DNA of 64,000 nucleotides from Ruditapes philippinarum (GCF_026571515.1 NW_026858706.1:1-64000); one strand, 5' to 3'. Counted from the stretch's first letter, positions 38,844-52,403 are shown. Notes: generated by a model not told the origin, from the letters alone. Program-made: numbers and translations.

Positions 38844-39134
38844 TATGGTGGCTGATTTCGTACATTGCGCGTTGCCTTGTCGCGCTGTCGTCTTGTCGTC
38901 CTGTCTCTATAGAAGCACGCGAAAAAAGGCGTGTTGTCGTGCGGCGCGATGTCGCCATGTGGCTTGGCTTATAAGGCAATCCTTGGATTTGAACCGAGCG
39001 ACAATGTGACATCGCAACAACACGCCGCACGACAACACGCCGTTTGGCGTACATCGTTAGCGACATGACGACAAGACGAAAGTCCGACAACGCGCCATTT
39101 GGCGCTTTGTCCTGTTGTCGCTAGCGCCACCATA
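38844..39134. mobile_element. Internally deleted relative of the 36371 MITE, with 6-bp TSD
   Basis: TATGGTGGCTGATTT ... GCCACCATA; flanks AGATGG and AAATGG. The interior is the reverse complement of ~36400-36600. Confidence 0.85.
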
Positions 39135-39401
39135 AAATGGGTTTTAACTAGTGTGATGTCTTTAAAACATTAATAACAGAAGAATACTTTTTTACTAGCA
39201 GGCGCAGAAAAAGCATAGATATACACTATTCTGTTTGCAATGTTATATTATAGTTCACTTCCATACAGCTGCCGTTATCAGTTTTGCCGATGGATTGATA
39301 ATTCTTAATTTAGCTTCAGGTCCACTTGTATAAATTGAATAAATATTCATCATTTAAAAATCTGATATGAATACAGAGGTATTAGTGTTTCAAGTGTATG
39401 A

Positions 39402-39404
<3 letters not shown>

Positions 39405-39440
<36 letters not shown>
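39405..39440. repeat. (TA)n microsatellite
   Basis: Seen directly. Confidence 0.95.
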
Positions 39441-39445
<5 letters not shown>

Positions 39446-40182
39446 AGTTCGATTCCTTGTGTGGATCTCATGTATAAATATATTATACGTTACTGTCTGA
39501 AGATATGTAGAAACATTTGAAAGCGCTAACAGAAATAAACGTATAAAAAATTAAAGAACTTTGTACTGTGCATTTCCCAAAACATACTTTATCTATATAG
39601 GCTTATTTTGGCAATATTGTTTTGATCACTTATCATTGTTTAAGAATGGCCAGTCTATAGCTGATCAGTTTTAAACGGGGGTCATTTTTCACGCGTGGGA
39701 GGGTCATTATTTGTTAACAAAAAGGGTTGAAAATTGATCAAAATGCGTTGAAACTTTAATATCACACCGGTACACTTTGACAGCAAGCTGCACACAAAAA
39801 AAAATCATACTAACAAGTTATACAAGTAACAAAAAGTGTATGAACGTCTTGAATGAAACGGTATCAGTGGATAAAAATATTGTTGTTTTTCAGAAGACCG
39901 TTAATCTTTGTGAAATTTAAAAGAAATTATTTCAGCGTAAAAACATGGTCAGTACTTGTATTGAATGATATTGATGATGATGTCATAAAATATAAGGTAC
40001 AGTGATCACCTGAACAAACGCTATTATCATTTCATAAGACATCTAAACTATGATGATTAATAGTTTTATGCACAGTACTGAGTACATTATATATGATATA
40101 AAGATCATTTTAAACCCAATACGTGAAATAGATTATCATAATCATTGTAAACAAACCAAACAAACACAATACCCTTCAAAAC

Positions 40183-40425
40183 ATATGAGCCGCGTTACGA
40201 CAAAACCAACATAATGGGTTTGCGACCAGCATGGATCCAGACCAGCTTGCGCATCCGCGCAGTCTGATCAGGATCCATGCTGTTCGCTATCAGTTTCTCT
40301 ACTTATAATAGGGTTTGTGAACGAACAGCATGGATCCTGATCAGACTGCGCGGATGCGCAGGCTGGTCTGGATCCATGCTGGTCGCAAACGCACTATGTT
40401 GGTTTTGTCGTGACACGGCTCATAT
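40183..40425. mobile_element. Foldback MITE with ~105-bp near-perfect inverted arms
   Basis: ATATGAGCCG...GGATCCATGCTGTTCG, then a ~35-nt loop, then CGAACAGCATGGATCC...CGGCTCATAT. It lies ~410 bp upstream of the PPT2 ATG. Confidence 0.9.
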
Positions 40426-40835
40426 CTGAGGTGGCAACTGGTCTGATGACATGGTCCATATTAGTATTACCGATGTCTATTGCTTCTTTTTTGCTGTTGC
40501 TGGTGTTTAACTTCTAAATATTTTGGCACTTGTTGTTGTATTTTTTTTAATGACAATTCTTTTTAATGCAGCAACAGTCGAAGATATATAACAGCAATAA
40601 ATCAATAAATAACAATCATTGTTAATACTAATGTTGATAAAGTTTATCAAAATGACCTACAACTTAACACACTGCAGTACTAACGATGTTATTGAAACTT
40701 TAGATAAATAAGATTAAAACTTTAGATTACTTACTATATAGCCATTGTTAGATTACCTTGTTATAGATATATAGATCTATATATTGCAAGTATCATTCAC
40801 AATATTTTTACAATATTGTACAAAAAACAGACAAA

Positions 40836-43800
40836 ATGCGTTGGCTTCTTAAACCTCTGTTTTCACTTTTTGTGATATTGCACGTGGTATTTGCTTACAA
40901 ACCGATTATTTTTATGCACGGGATATTGAGCGAACCCCAGGAAGCAAACACTTTATTCCAATGGATAAAAATGGTATGATTATGTATTATTTTGTTCACT
41001 AATTTATTCTTATTTCACGTTCCGAAAAAATGTTTTATCGCGATCTTATTACTAAAGATACGTTGACAAGTCGTATGCAATTATATTTAAAACAAAAACA
41101 AATATATATGTTACATTTTTGATATGTTGAGTACATTGAAAAAACACAGGACTTTATTATACATATATATTTTTGTTACGGGGTAGGGTGTCCTCTTTGT
41201 TAGTTTGACAGGAAGGTTTTTGCCGCCCTGTCATTTTCACCGGGGGAGGGCTTTTGTCCGTTATTAATATTGATGTCTACAATTTAAAACATTTTTTTAT
41301 ATNNNNNNNNNNNNNNNNNNNNNNNNNNNNNNNNNNNNNNNNNNNNNNNNNNNNNNNNNNNNNNNNNNNNNNNNNNNNNNNNNNNNNNNNNNNNNNNNNN
41401 NNNNNNNNNNNNNNNNNNNNNNNNNNNNNNNNNNNNNNNNNNNNNNNNNNNNNNNNNNNACTCACTCACTCACTAAATAAATCACAGACGACCATATTTC
41501 TATGAACACTGCTTATTGAATTGAATATAAACTGAACTCATTTAAGATAAATTGTAATTTGATCACTTTTATAAAAGGACAGTTCATGTATATGTTACAA
41601 CAATTCTTTGTTTATCCCTTGAAAATGACCAGTCCAAAATTTAATTATACCGCCCATGCGACTATCATAGACTAGTATCTGACATAGTGTCGTATGTGAC
41701 CACTCAATTTCATTTATTTTAATAAATGTTTGCTTATCAAAGGACCATCCAGGAACGGAGACGTTTGCTATAGATATGTACAACAAACTGGACAGTCTTG
41801 TCAATATGATGGAGCAAGTTGACCAGGTCGGGAAAGTTATGATGAAATTCATGCAACAACATCCCGAAGGCGTAAATATTATCTGTTTCTCACAAGGTAA
41901 TAAAATTAGAATGTATATGTCTGAATCGATCAATCATGGTATATCTCTTTGCAATATTTGTCTTTTGTTTGTTTGCCTATCATAGCAAGTCTACCGTTTT
42001 TCAAGTCTACCTTCCTTAAGACTATCTCTTACAAGTCTATTGTTTGCAAGTCTAATTTCTGCAAGTGTATTTCCTGCAAGTCTATCGTCTGCAATTCAAT
42101 CGTCTGCTAGTATATCGTCTGCTAGTATATCGTCTTAAAGTATATCGTCTTAAAGTCTATCGTCTTCAAGTATATCGTCTTAAAGTATATCGCCTTAAAG
42201 CCTATCGTCTTAAAGTATATCGTCTTCAAGTCTATCGTCTTAAAGTATATCGTCTTGAAGTATATCGTCTTAAAGTATATCGTCTTCAAGTATATCGTCT
42301 TCAAGTATATCGTCTTAAAGTATATCGTCTTCAAGTCTATCGTCTTCAAGTATATCGTCTTCAAGACTATCGTCTTCAAGTCTACCGTCTTCAAGTATAT
42401 CGTCTTCAAGGTTATCGTCTGCTAGTATATCGTCTTCAAGTATATCGTCTTCAAGTATATCGTCTTCAAGTCTATCGTCTTCAAGTATATCGTTTTCAAG
42501 TCTATCGTCTGCTAGTATATCGTCTTCAAGTATATCGTCTTCAAGTATATCGTCTTCAAGTCTATCGTCTTCAAGTATATCGTCTTCAAGAATATTGTCT
42601 TCAAGTATATCTCTTCAAGTATATCGTCTTCAAGTCTATCTCTTCAAGTATATCGTCTTCAAGTATATCGTCTTCAAGTATATCGTCTTCAAGTATATCG
42701 TCTTCAAGTCTATCGTCTTCAAGTATATCGTCTTCAAGAATATTGTCTTCAAGTATATCTCTTCAAGTATATCGTCTTCAAGTCTATCTCTTCAAGTATA
42801 TTGTCTTCAAGTATATCGTCTTCAAGTATAACGTCTTCAAGTATATCGTCTTCAATGTTATCGTCTGCTAGTATATCGTCTTCAAGTCTATCGTCTTCAA
42901 GTATATCGTCTTTAAAACTATCGTCTTCAAGTATATCGTCTTCAAGTATATCGTCTTCAAGTCTATCGTTTTCAAGTATATCGTCTTCAAGCATAACGTC
43001 TTCAAGTATATCGTCTTCAAGGCTATCGTCTGCTAGTATATCGTCTTCAAGTCTATCGTCTTCAAGTATATCGTCTTCAAGTCTATCTCTTCAAGTATAT
43101 CGTCTTCAAGTATATCGTTTTCAAGTCTATCGTATTCAAGTATATCGTTTTCAAGTATATCGTTTTCAAGTCTATCGTCTTCAAGTCTATCGTTTTCAAG
43201 TATATCGTCTTCAAGTCTATCGTCTTCAAGTATATCGTCTTCAAGTCTATCGTATTCAAGTATATCGTCTTCAAGTATATCAACTTCAAGTCTATCGTCT
43301 TCAAGTATATCGACTTCAAGTCTATCGTCCGCAAGTCTATCGTTTGACTGTGCAAAATTTTAATTTTGACTTTCTCAAGTTAATCTTTCATACAAGGGCA
43401 CAATTCATAAACTTCATCTTGAGTTATCGAAATATGAAATTGATCTTTAATGTTCAATTTTCGAATTAAGGAATTTTTTACCTTTACTCTTTAAAAAATA
43501 TTTTCCTTACTTTATTCAAACTTTTAAAATAACCTGCTTTGGTACTGCACCATGTGACGTTATAATCATACTTATTTCATTGCAAACGTTAAAGGAATTA
43601 TCAGGGAAGTATAACTAGCTTTATATCCTGCTCCTTCATTTAAAGTGGTATCTGGTAGATCTAAATAGATATATCTGTCTTTTATTGACAGGTGGTCTTG
43701 TTTGTCGAGGCGTGTTAGAGCAAAATCAACATAATGTGGACACATTTATTTCATTAAGCTCTCCGCAAGCCGGACAATTTGGAGGTAATTGTACGCGTAT

Positions 43801-46800
43801 TTGAGTGCACTTTATCAATCAACTTTAAATCACTTGTCACTTTAGTAGTTTTCACACAATGGTAGATAATATTTGTAATATTTTGAAATATACGATGTAG
43901 GAATGACCTGGTCGTTTGTCACGTGATTTGATATCCTTGGTTCTAAATCCTTATATCCAGAAATATCATTAACGTGTCAGCACTTTACATGTCGCACCTT
44001 GATAAGCCCAAAGGGGGACCATTTTCGATTCCAATATCTCAATAAACCTGTACAATCTTAAAGTGTTGCTCAAGTGTGGTGGCCTGTTGCGGCCATTTCA
44101 AACCCGCGAGAAATTTTAACATTTCATCATAAAATGTTGTAGGCAAGTCAAAAATCCAGAGATTTTCTGCTGAAATCGTACAAAATGTTGAGGTGAACGT
44201 ATAAACCTCGAAATTTTATAACAGATGATGGAAACTGCAAGGAACATTTTGACTTCAGCGGCCCGTAGCGTCCACGGTTTGACTGTACACTTTATCCCTA
44301 GTATGTCTATATAAAAAAGTCGAGGAACAGAAAGAAATCCGCGACATATTTTCAAGTGTTGTAAAAACTCTACTAAGAGTCGAGTGGGAAAATTTAAGGC
44401 CGCGGATTTTGTTCTTAAACAACGAATTTCCATAAAAGGTCGCGGGGAAAAATCCACGACTTTTTAGCCGCGACTTTTGTGTAAATGCATTTCCACGCAT
44501 AAAAAGTCGAGGCATAATGCTCAAACTCGACTTTTTACAAGGTAAGCATCAAAACAAAATATACCGGATTATAATGGCTGCAATCGGCTTCCTAAACCAA
44601 AGTAGGCATATGTTTGCGTAGCTTAGTCTACTATATAGACAAAAACAAAAAATGGGTTTCTAAAATCCGCGACATTTTATAAATTTCGACATAAAATATC
44701 GCGGATTTAAAAGTTGCCCGCAACATTTTATAAACCGATGGTAAAATTTCTAGCAGCATTAGAATGGACGCTTTCGGCCACCATACTCAAGGTATATCAT
44801 ACACAAAATAAAATGTATTAACATTACTTTTTTTACATTAATAATAATATAAACTTTAAAACCGTTAATTATATGGTTGGATTATAAAAAACGCTTTCCT
44901 ACATTGCCAGTTAAAGTTTTGATTTCTATTTTCAGATACCGATTACATAAAATATATTTTCCCGCACGTTCTTCGCGACAATGTGTACAAGTAAGTATGG
45001 ATAAAAAACAAACAATTTTATAATTTCTGAAACAGCAGATAAAAAATTCATGCTTTCTAAACATGTTTGTTGGAATAAACAACATAAACAAAATTTAATG
45101 ATTCTCTTTTAATGTCTAAGAAATGTATGCAAGCATCAAATTAATCATTTCATGCGTCTACAAGATTTGACTGTACAGAGTTTCAGGATTTATTTTCATA
45201 AGTTCTATTTGATCAATCAAGTCAGAAATATATTTGCATGTACATAGTCATGTGTTTGAACCACATGCTGTGTTTTGTTTAATGTGGATAAAATTCGAAA
45301 AGACAAAAAGATGACAATGTCGTATTTTGTCGACGTATTTCGTGTGTTGTTCTACGCCTTTCCGCCTTGTTGCAGGGCTTTGCATATAGTAGTAATGAAA
45401 TGACCGTTTCTTACAGGATAGCGTACTCTAAAGACGGTCAAAATATATCAGTGGGAAATTATTGGAATGGTATTATACTCGTTTACACATCATATAGATT
45501 TGTAAATACAAGATGTTTATATAATTAGTAAATGTATATCTAAATGGTAGCCATTACAAAGTTAAATAAAGATGTAAAATATTAGGTAATTTAGATACCG
45601 GAAATGATAATATATGAAAAGGTAAAAAGGAAATCTTAAACCTTCATTTACAATACCAATTATTACTCTCACTTATCAACAGCTTGCGGTAGTTGTTTTG
45701 TATCGTACAAGTAACTTACAATTTAATTACGTCTCAAGGTGCTTGGCGACATTGTTCGCCAGCAATACATTTTCAAAATGTTAAATTAGAATTAATATTT
45801 AGAGAAAAAATAAAACATTTCTTTAAGGATTTAACGTCAATGCGTGTTGCTATGGTTTCAGATCCACATCACCAGGACTTATATAAGGAAAATTCCGAAT
45901 TTCTGGCAGTGTTAAACAACGACACTTTTAACATAAACAGCAAAGGTCGGTTCAAATAAATATACTGATTATTCATAATATTCATCATAGTTTGCATAGT
46001 TTTCAAAACAGAATGTCTTTGGCCATTTAAGTAACCGAGATCTAATATACATTGTTAACGAACTTATAGTTATTCTTTGTGCATAAGTATAAGACATTTA
46101 TAAGAACTGTGGCCATCCAAATAATTTCAATGCTTTGATTGCAATTAAAGCCGAATTCAAAGAAACTGTATTAATCATATTGTGAGAAATTCTTCAGCGC
46201 TCATGAGCTCTAAACATGAACGTAGAAATATTATATTTTATATATTATATATGATCTATGTATATCTTTCAAATTAACCAATATCTTCCAAATTACTTTA
46301 CCAATTGTGAACAATGACCATATGGTGTCCGCCTACTCTAATTTTGCTCCGTATACTTTATAGTAAATCATTCTCACCTGAATACTGCATACATGAAACA
46401 AAATACCGGTTTGCAATAACTTAAAACGTGAACGTTATCCGATTCATTTGAGCACAAATTTATAAATATTAACCCTTGATCTTTTCTTATAACTTTTAAT
46501 TTGTATAATCACTATAAAGTTATTTAGCAATAATTCATTGTCTACCTTCTGGTACGTAATGTCTATCGAGACATTCCTCCCAGAAATAAAGACCTGCAAA
46601 ATGCACATTAAAAACTTTAAAAGTCACTAGAAATGACACCACATGTACTGATTTACAAACATTTAACCCGAGAAATTGGGCAATTCCAAAGAACAACTTC
46701 TTAGACCACGACCACTCGCGACTCGATACATAACGGGACGACACCATATATAATATAAACAACAAAAATATGAAAGTATAATATATTATTGGTAAATAAT

Positions 46801-46903
46801 TATTTATTGACAATTCAGAGTACAAAGAAAACTTTCTGCGCCTGAAGAGATTGGTAATGATTGGTGGTAAGGATGATGGTGTTATTACACCGTGGCAATC
46901 AAG
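40836..46903 (+). CDS. PPT2: Lysosomal thioesterase PPT2-like, 3'-incomplete. Exons 40836-40973, 41743-41896, 43692-43784, 44936-44990, 45417-45469, 45862-45945, 46819-46903
   Basis: All introns are GT-AG and phases are consistent (0,1,1,2,1,1). The protein has a signal peptide, [24 protein letters not shown] (nucleophile Ser), [28 protein letters not shown], and [24 protein letters not shown] (catalytic Asp). The exon(s) with the catalytic His were not found. Confidence 0.93.
41303..41459. other. Assembly gap (N run)
   Basis: Seen directly. Confidence 1.
41985..43345. repeat. 15-bp minisatellite (TCAAGTATATCGTCT) in PPT2 intron 2, ~90 copies
   Basis: Direct periodicity with occasional 13-bp variants; explains the VYRLQ and SSSSI pseudo-ORFs. 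Confidence 0.95.
44075..44785. mobile_element. 711-bp non-autonomous DNA transposon with T(A/G)TGGTGGCC TIR and exact 6-bp TSD, in PPT2 intron 3
   Basis: CTCAAG|TGTGGTGGCC ... GGCCACCATA|CTCAAG (TSD at 44069-44074 and 44786-44791). Confidence 0.85.
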
Positions 46904-49087
46904 GTAAGGATGATGGTGTTATTATACCGTGGCAATCAAGGTAAAGATGATGGTGTAATAACACCGTGGCAATCAAGGTAAGGGTGATGGTATTATAACA
47001 TCGTGGCAATCAAGGTAAGGATGATGGTGTTATTACACCGTGGCAATCAAGGTAAGGATGATGATGGTATTATTACACCGTGGCAATCAAGGTAAGGGTG
47101 ATGGTGTTATTTACACCGTGGCAATCAAGGTAAGGGTGATGGTGTTATAACATCGTGGCAATCAAGGTAAGGGTGATGGTGTTATTACACCGTGGCAATC
47201 AAGGTAAAGATGATAGTGTAATTACACCGTGGCAATCAAGGTAAGGATGATGATATTATTACATCGAGGCAATCAAGGTAAGGATGATGGTGTTATTACA
47301 CCGTGGCAATCAAGGTAAGGATGATGGTGATATTACATCGTGGCAATCAAGGTAAGGGTGATGGTGTTATTACACCGTGGCAATCAAGGTAAGGGCGATG
47401 GTGTTATAACACCGTTTCAATCAAGGTAAGGATGATGGTGTTATTAACCGTGGCAATCAAGGTAAGAGTGATGGTGTTATTACACCTTGGCAATCAAGGT
47501 AAGGGTGATGGTGTTATAACACCGTGGCAATCAAAGTAAGGGTGATGGTGTTATTACACCGTGGCAATCAAGGTAAGAGTTATGGTGTTAATACACCGTG
47601 GCAATCAAGGTAAGGATGATGGTGTTATTACACCTTGGCAATCAAGGTTAGGATGATGGTGTTATTACACCTTGGCAATCAAGGTAAGGATGATGGTGTT
47701 ATTACACCGTGGCAATCAAGGTTAAGATGATGGTGTTATTACACCGTGGCAATCAAGGTAAGGATGATGGTGTTATTACACCGTGGCAATCAAGGTAAGG
47801 ATGATGGTGTTATTACACCGTGGCAATCAAGGTAAGAATGATGGTGTTATAACACCGTGGCAATCAAGGTAAGGATGATGGTGTTATTACACCGTGGCAA
47901 TCAAGGTAAATCTAGAATGATGGTGTTATTACACCGTGGCAATCAAGGTAAATCTAGGATGATGGTGTTATTACATCGTGGAAATCAAGGTAAATCTAGG
48001 ATTATGGTGTTATTGCACCGTGGCAATCAAGGTAAATCTAGGATGATGGTGTTATTACACCGTGGCAATCAAGGTTAATCTAGGATGATTGTGTTATTAC
48101 ACCGTGGCAATCAAGGTAAATCTAAGATGGTGGTGTTATTACACCGTGGCAATCAAGGTAAATCTAGGATGGTGGTGTTATTACATCGTGGCAATCAAGG
48201 TAAGGATGATGGTGTTATTACACCGTGGTAATCAAGGTAAGGATGATGGTGTTATGACACCGTGGTAATCAATGTAAATCTAGGATGATGGTGTTATTAA
48301 ATCGTGGTAATCAAGGTAAGGATGATGGTGTTATTACACCGTGGCAATCAAGGTTAAGATGATGGTGTTATTACACCGTGGCAATCAAGGTAAGGATGAT
48401 GGTGTTATTACACCGTGGCAATCAAGGTAAGGATGATGGTGTTATTACACCGTGGCAATCAAGGTAAGGATGATGGTGTTTTTACACCGTGGCAATCAAG
48501 GTAAGAATGATGGTGTTATAACACCGTGGCAATCAAGGTAAGGAACATGTTGTAATTACACCGTGGCAATCAAGGTAAAGATGATGGTGTTATTACACCG
48601 TGGCAATCAAGGTAAATCTAGGATGATGGTGTTATTACATCGTGGCAATCAAGGTAAATCTAGGATTAATGGTGTTATTGCACCGTGGCAATCAAGGTAA
48701 ATCTAGGATGATGTTGTTATTACACCGTGGCAATCAAAAGGTTAATCTAGGATGATTGTGTTATTACACCGTGGCAATCAAGGTAAATCTAAGATGGTGG
48801 TGTTATTACACCGTGGCAATCAAGTAAATCTAGGATGGTGGTGTAATTACATCGTGGCAATCAAGGTAAGGATGATGGTGTTATTACACCGTGGTAATCA
48901 AGGTAAGGGTGATGGTGTTATGACACCGTGGTAATCAATGTAAATCTAGGATGATGGTGTTATTAAATCGTGGTAATCAAGGTAAGGATGATGGTGTTAT
49001 TATTACACCGTGGCAATCAAGGTTAAGATGATGGTGTTATTACACCGGGGTTGGCAATTCAAGGGGTAAGGATGATGGTGTTATTAC
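46867..49087 (+). repeat. 37/42-bp minisatellite copied from the PPT2 exon 7 end and splice donor, ~55-60 copies
   Basis: Unit GTAAG GATGATGGTGTTATTACACCGTGGCAATCAAG. The first copy is the coding sequence for [11 protein letters not shown]. The 42-bp variant starts GTAAATCTAG. Confidence 0.95.
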
Positions 49088-52000
49088 GACGAGAAAACTA
49101 AACATTGTAAAAAAAAAAAGCCCAACAGGTATAGTTTAACACCCGTTCCAAAAATTCACACATCCTTAAGAAAAAAAATGCACATTTTTGAAAAAAAAAA
49201 TATAATATACTTGCATTTTTTAAATTGGAATTTTTAAACACATATTTATAATGTGAATATTTTATGATTTATGCAAAACCTTTTACACAATTTTTACAAG
49301 TTTATCGTCGGGAATTTTCTTAAAAATTAAAAAAAAAGGGGTTTTAAAAACTCCCTTTTCAACCCCAGTTAGTTATATTTTAAGACTTTTTATTTTCTTT
49401 TGAGTTTTGCTTTATTTGTACCCCTGGCAATATTTATCAATGATTTTTATATCTTTAAATTTAAAAAAATCTTTTTTGGGCTTTAAATATAACATTTTTG
49501 GGGAAAGAAAAAGAAAAAAACATCCCCCGAAAAATTTTATTATATTTTTTTTTCTTTTTTTTTTGTATAAAATGTTTTCCAAATATTTTACGGGGAGTTT
49601 ATTTTAACTAAAATTTTCCCTTAAAAATTTTTAAAATTTATTCATTTTCATTAATTAAAAAATGAGTTCGGCCCCCTTTGGGGTGTCTACTGAAAAATCA
49701 TGAAATAAAATTTATAATTTTTAGTCTATAAAGGGAAAAAAGTTTGGGCTAAAAATCTGGTTTAAAAAGGTGGACTGTTTATAAAGGGGAATCGCCGGTT
49801 TTTCAGGGGCCCTACCCACTTTGGGAATTTTTACATAAAAAGTGTTTTTAAAAATCAAAAATTTTTTCCCTTCCTCCATAATTTTAAAAACGGACCTCTG
49901 ATTCCTGGTGATAAATTTAACAGAACAGAAGATGGGGATTTATTAAAATCACAAAAAAAATTTTATCATAAAAATTAAAATGTATATTATTGTCATATAA
50001 TTTAAAAAAATTTTAAATATATTGTTAATAAAACAAGTAAAAAAAAAAACCCCCTTTCAATTAAAAAGGGTGAAACAAGATTATTTTTTTAAATTTTGGT
50101 TTTTCACATTCCCCTGCCGTTTTTGCACTCCTTTAAAAATGAGATTGCAAAGGAAACCGTGTATATATTTTGAAGTGAGGGCATTAGCGTTTTTCAAAAA
50201 TAGCGTTAAGACGTAAAAAAAGTTTGCTTACTTTTTATAGGCGCATCAAAAAAAAATTTTTCTTTTTCCCCTTCAAACGCCTTTATTTTTGTATAAGATA
50301 AATTGAATTTGGTGTAAACTTCATAAAATGAATTAAATTAATCTTTTCCCCTTTTTACGCTCCCAAAAAGGGGTCGGGATAAAAAAATCATAATGGGTTT
50401 AACTCGTTTCCCAAAAAATGGGGGGAAAAAATTTAAAACCCACCCCATTTAAAAATTCCTCTAAAGAGATATGATTAAATTTTTTTAAAAACTTATTTAG
50501 GAATCGTGTCTAGTTTTCAGTTACTTAATGGTTTTTTTTTAATGGCAAAAAAAAATGGAAAAAATTTAAAAAATGTATTAAAATACTTTTTAGACTTAAA
50601 CGTTTAGTGTAGTACTGAAAAATTTTCAAAAACATTTTTTTTTAATTGCAAAGTTTCAATTCTGATTCCGGGGTGGATTGTAAGGAAAAATGTGCGCGTT
50701 TAAAGGGACCAAAGCCAAATTTAAAGTTACGGGAAAGTAGAGGATATTAAATAAGCGTTTTTTTAATATTGATTTTTTGGGCGTTTATGATATTTTTTAT
50801 TAAAATTTTAAAACAAAAAAGTTTTTAATGATTAAGTAAAAAATTTTACTATATAATATTCTTTTTTCAAACCAAAAATAAAGAGCATTTTAAGTAAAAA
50901 AACCATTTTCATTAAAAAAATTTTTCGCATACAGTGCCGGTTTTGCTCTTTTTAAAAGGCCCTGAAAATATTTTTACGTTTTTACGTTTATTTTGGGAAA
51001 GCAAACCCCTACGTTCATTTTTTACTTTAAAAACAATTTTTATTTTGGGGGTTTTTGTGATTAAAATAAATTGTGGGTATTAAATTTTTTTAATTTCAGG
51101 ATTTATTTTTTATTTAGTGTTATTAAAAAAAAAATAAAAAAAAATCTGGGGGTTTTTTTTAAACCCTTTGGGGGTTTTTCTTCAAAATAGGGGCAGGCCC
51201 ATAAATTTACAAAAATCCTGGTCCCGATCTTTAAAAAGGCCCCAGACTCTTTTTTAAAATTATAACATTTTTCCCCTTCAAAGTAAAAAAGAAAATCTTA
51301 GAAGTTTTAATAACCCCTTAAAAAACAATTGTTTAAATTTCAATTCCGATTTCTTCTCAAAAAAAAATATCGTACAAGGAAAACTTAAAATTTTGGGTTA
51401 AATTTCCCCGTCACAGAAACAGGGGGTTAACAGCCCCCTAAAAGAAACCAACCCCACTCTTTTGAAATTTTTTTTATCCATTTAAAAGGGCAGAGTTTCT
51501 GAAACCCATTTTGGGGGCATTTTTTTGTATACGTTTTAAAAAAGGGATTCCCGCCGTAAGAAGACAAGAAACTCGAAATTAGTGGGAAATTTAATTTATT
51601 TGGATAGAGTTAAAAGATTCATCATTTTAAAATTTTCTTTTTGGGGGCCCTTTTTTCGCCCCCCAAAATTTTTCCCCGCATATGTTTTCTCCAAAATTGA
51701 AAAAATCAATTGGGCCTTGCCCTTTTAACTAGCATTTAAAAATATAAAATTTACCTATCCAACTTTGATATCTTTTAAAAACAGCTCATTTAAAAAACTA
51801 CTTGAATTAAAAAAAAAAATTTCAACATGGGCACAAATAAAAAAACCAAAGCATTTCACAAAATCTTTCCCCCTTCCCCCTCTTTCCCTTTTTTTCCCTT
51901 TTCTTCCCCTTATTTCCCTTTTTTTTTCTTTTTTTCCCCTTTCCCCCCCCCTTCCCTTTTCTCCCTCCCTCCCTTTTTCCCCTCCTTTTTTTGTTTGCCC

Positions 52001-52403
52001 TTTAAATAATCTCCTTGGCCGACTAGCCAAAATTTTAAATTCCCCCTCTTCCCTTCAAAACTTTCTTCCCTTTTTCTTAAAACCCCCAATTTCAAATTCT
52101 TTTTCCCTTTTTGCCTTTTTCTTTACCTCCCCCTTTCCCCTCATTTATTTTTCCCCACTCGGACCTTTTTTTCCTAAAAATTAAAAACCCCTTTATTCCT
52201 TCCCTTTTTCTTTCCTTTTTTACCTTTTAAAAATTTCACAAACCCTTGCCCCTCCCCCCTCCCCTTTTTTTTGGGGGGCCCTTTTTTTCGGTGTTTTCGG
52301 GGGGGGGCCCTTTTTTTGGGCCCCTTTGGGTCTTCTTTAATAAAACCCTTTTCTCCTTTACCGGTTCTTCCCCCTTCCTTTCCTTCTTTTCCCCCTTCCC
52401 CCC

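Noticed and set aside
42065-43469. Long ORFs (VYRLQ repeats, poly-Ser, KTIYL)
   Set aside because: By-products of a 15-bp stop-free intronic minisatellite.
46867-49087. 37-bp repeat as a CRISPR array, and the [14 protein letters not shown] ORFs
   Set aside because: There are no spacers and the context is eukaryotic; the ORFs are off-frame readings of the 42-bp unit.
49800-50690. Possible garbled PPT2 terminal exons (cactttgggaatttttac ~49817, resembling HFGFY; tactttttagacttaaacgtttag ~50584, resembling TFGLKTL)
   Set aside because: They need several arbitrary indels and cannot be distinguished from chance in this error-rich region.
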